In this document: positions 62,077-64,000 of the stretch, in pieces
Layout of the letters: each line of letters begins with the position of its first letter
How positions within the stretch are numbered: position 1 is the first letter of the stretch
NCBI GenBank assembly: GCA_963733055.1
Contig: CAVTBR010000001.1
Location: 1,376,001 to 1,440,000 of the forward strand
Reading direction: 5' to 3'
DNA length: 64,000 nucleotides
DNA from: Candidatus Bathyarchaeota archaeon
GTDB lineage: Archaea > Thermoproteota > Bathyarchaeia > 40CM-2-53-6
Notes under the pieces: generated by a model
The model's database searches: none
Seen by the model: the letters and a program-made list of their open reading frames with translations, nothing else
Told to the model about the DNA's origin: nothing
Made by a program: the position numbers and the translations under genes

Positions 62077-63306
62077 TCAATTTGCACTCGCATCGATACC
62101 ATCTGAACCGGCGTTGCGAAGCTCGTTGACCTGTGAGCCCGCAAGGCCGGGTCCCCCTATTAGAATCGCCGACAGGGCGATCAGTGGAAGCACCCCGGTG
62201 ATGGGGAAGATGAGCCCCGCTATTCCGCTTCCGGCCGGAGAGGCGGCCTGCATGAGAGTGCGTAGCAGCGCAAAAGTCCTACCACGTAACTCGGAGGGGA
62301 TTATTCTCATTCTCAGGGTCTGCGCCCAGGCGGTCAGCGGAGCGCTCAGGAATCCAAGCGAGGCTAACGCAATGCCGACAATCCATGCCTGTGCGCCTGC
62401 GAAGATTAGGAGGAGCGAGACTCCCGAAAGCGACTGAGCTGTAATAATGAGCTTGCCGATGGACCGTTGAGTCGAAAAGTGTCCAGCCACAGCTGCACCC
62501 GCAACTTCTCCGATGGCCATCGAGCCGAGAAGAATGCCGTAGAGCTCGGGTCCCCCCGCAAGTACAGTCTTCGTTAGAACCGGGAGCCAAAGCGAGAGAA
62601 CACCTGCTCCTAGGTTGAAGAACATAAACATGAGAGTGGTCGAGAGCAGAATCTTGTTCGATGAGAGGAGCATGAAGGCATCTTTCAAGGTCGAGGCGTG
62701 AGTCGGTATTGAATTCTGCTCAGCCTTCGATCGCAGTCGGAAGCTTGCAAGAGCGATTACGAGAGCAGCGTAGGAAATGGCATCGACGACCATAACGTTC
62801 GGGGCGCCGAAGCCCACTATGATGAGGCCGGCAAGGGGAGGCCCCACGACCCCGCTAAGAGTGAACGTGATTGTTTCCAGGGAGTTTGCAGTCGTAAGTT
62901 GGCTTTCTTCCACCAGGTCGGGGATAATTGATGGCGCCCCCGCTAGCGTGATCATGTAGAAGAAACCGTAGACGAGGGCCACCACGTAAACTTCCCATAA
63001 CGCGAACACCCCTAAGGCGTAAAGGAGAGGGACCGCTGCAATCGTTGCGCCTCGAATGACGTTGTCTACTATCATCACCTTACGGCGGTCGAACTTATCG
63101 AGCAGAGAACCCGCGACCATCCCCCCGACGACCACCGGGGCGGTGTAGCAGACGAGCATGAGGGCAACGGCACCAGGTGAACCTGTGTATGAGTACACCA
63201 GCCATACTAGGGCAACCCTTGTCATCGCGTCCCCGACGTACGAGAACGTAGAGCCTAGCCAGAAGTTGCGGTAAGGGACGTTCTTGAATGCGCTTAGATA
63301 TGACAC
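62077..63306 (-). CDS. MFS transporter (macrolide efflux/DHA3-like)
   Basis: YRNFWLG, GSLLDKFDRRKVM, ELRGR, about 12 TM helices. Confidence 0.9.
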   Translation of the reverse strand: MSYLSAFKNVPYRNFWLGSTFSYVGDAMTRVALVWLVYSYTGSPGAVALMLVCYTAPVVVGGMVAGSLLDKFDRRKVMIVDNVIRGATIAAVPLLYALGVFALWEVYVVALVYGFFYMITLAGAPSIIPDLVEESQLTTANSLETITFTLSGVVGPPLAGLIIVGFGAPNVMVVDAISYAALVIALASFRLRSKAEQNSIPTHASTLKDAFMLLSSNKILLSTTLMFMFFNLGAGVLSLWLPVLTKTVLAGGPELYGILLGSMAIGEVAGAAVAGHFSTQRSIGKLIITAQSLSGVSLLLIFAGAQAWIVGIALASLGFLSAPLTAWAQTLRMRIIPSELRGRTFALLRTLMQAASPAGSGIAGLIFPITGVLPLIALSAILIGGPGLAGSQVNELRNAGSDGIDASAN

Positions 63307-63368
63307 GGCTCCCAGTGGAGGTCCGAAAATTATTATAATTGTGTAACTGGTCAGCGTAACAACCGGAT

Positions 63369-64000
63369 TTGTCTGAGCTCATCAGCGGCAAACGAGAATT
63401 CGTGACGAATCTTTGCAGGTCGCTAGACCTGACCAAGTATGAATCGTCCGCATACGTCGCTCTGTTGACGAAGGAGGAAATCTCTCCAAGCGAATTGGCG
63501 AAAGCCAGTGGGGTTCCTCGGTCCAGAGCGTATGACGTGTTGAGGACGCTTGTGAGGAAGGGCCTGGCGACCGAGCGCTTGCAGAAGCCTTTGCGATATG
63601 CGGCTGTGGATCCGAGGATCGGACTGTATTCGCTTTCGGCCCAAATTGAAGAGGATGCGAAGAGCAATTTCGCGAAAAAACGTGCTGTAGTTGGTGTCCT
63701 CACGGACGAACTGGGGACGATTTACGAGAACTTCAGATACATGACCGGGAGCGAGCAAAAAGTATCCGTTGGGACTACGTCCTCATGGAAGCAGCTTGAG
63801 TCCCTGAAGGCGCAGACCCAGAATGAGTATGTCGGGGTGTCGCTTTCGGCGACAGTTCCACCTTACAGCATATTTGCCCAAGAGGAAAAGATGCTGGAGC
63901 GTGGAATTAAGATGAAGCTGATAAGGCCGTTTCCGGCGGAGATCCGACGAAGGCACATCGATTGGTACCTTCGTCTAATGAGAAAGGGATTCGAAATCAG
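63369..64000 (+). CDS. TrmB family transcriptional regulator (truncated by the window end)
   Basis: Read manually from TTG at 63369: LDLTKYESSAYVALL...ELAKASGVPRSRAYDVLRTLVRKGL. Confidence 0.88.
   Translation, partial: MSELISGKREFVTNLCRSLDLTKYESSAYVALLTKEEISPSELAKASGVPRSRAYDVLRTLVRKGLATERLQKPLRYAAVDPRIGLYSLSAQIEEDAKSNFAKKRAVVGVLTDELGTIYENFRYMTGSEQKVSVGTTSSWKQLESLKAQTQNEYVGVSLSATVPPYSIFAQEEKMLERGIKMKLIRPFPAEIRRRHIDWYLRLMRKGFEI

Overview
Chromosomal segment of an archaeon of the TACK group, most likely Bathyarchaeia or a related Nitrososphaerota-type lineage. Supporting features are the unsplit rpoB, a fused rpoA'/A'', rpl30e-nusA, PEF-CTERM-like anchors and BHB-intron tRNAs. Core genes include carAB, the RNA polymerase operon, hflX, sod, sufS/sufU, pncA, uppP and a type-1 IDI-like gene. 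Accessory regions include an mhq-like dioxygenase cluster, a GT2/DUF2334/WecB polysaccharide locus and several MFS, GNAT and VOC genes. Highlights read directly from the sequence: (1) a tRNA-Glu(TTC) gene interrupted by four BHB-type introns (61744-61903); (2) a two-intron tRNA-Leu(TAG) that hosts a 5.1 kb integrated element (47411-52536, 37-bp att repeat) whose tyrosine integrase is split SSV1-style into intN and intC, and whose cargo is a tandem series of surface-protein genes each followed by a conserved TGGGCC-loop-GGCCCA hairpin; (3) a family of (GT)n/(CA)n palindromic repeats at 4.0-6.75 kb, two of which share the GCGCACCA end of a nearby tRNA-Gly remnant; (4) a possible eL22-like ribosomal protein. 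Five single-base frameshifts, one of them in rpoA, are most likely sequencing or assembly errors. Product calls come from motif recognition only; no searches were run.
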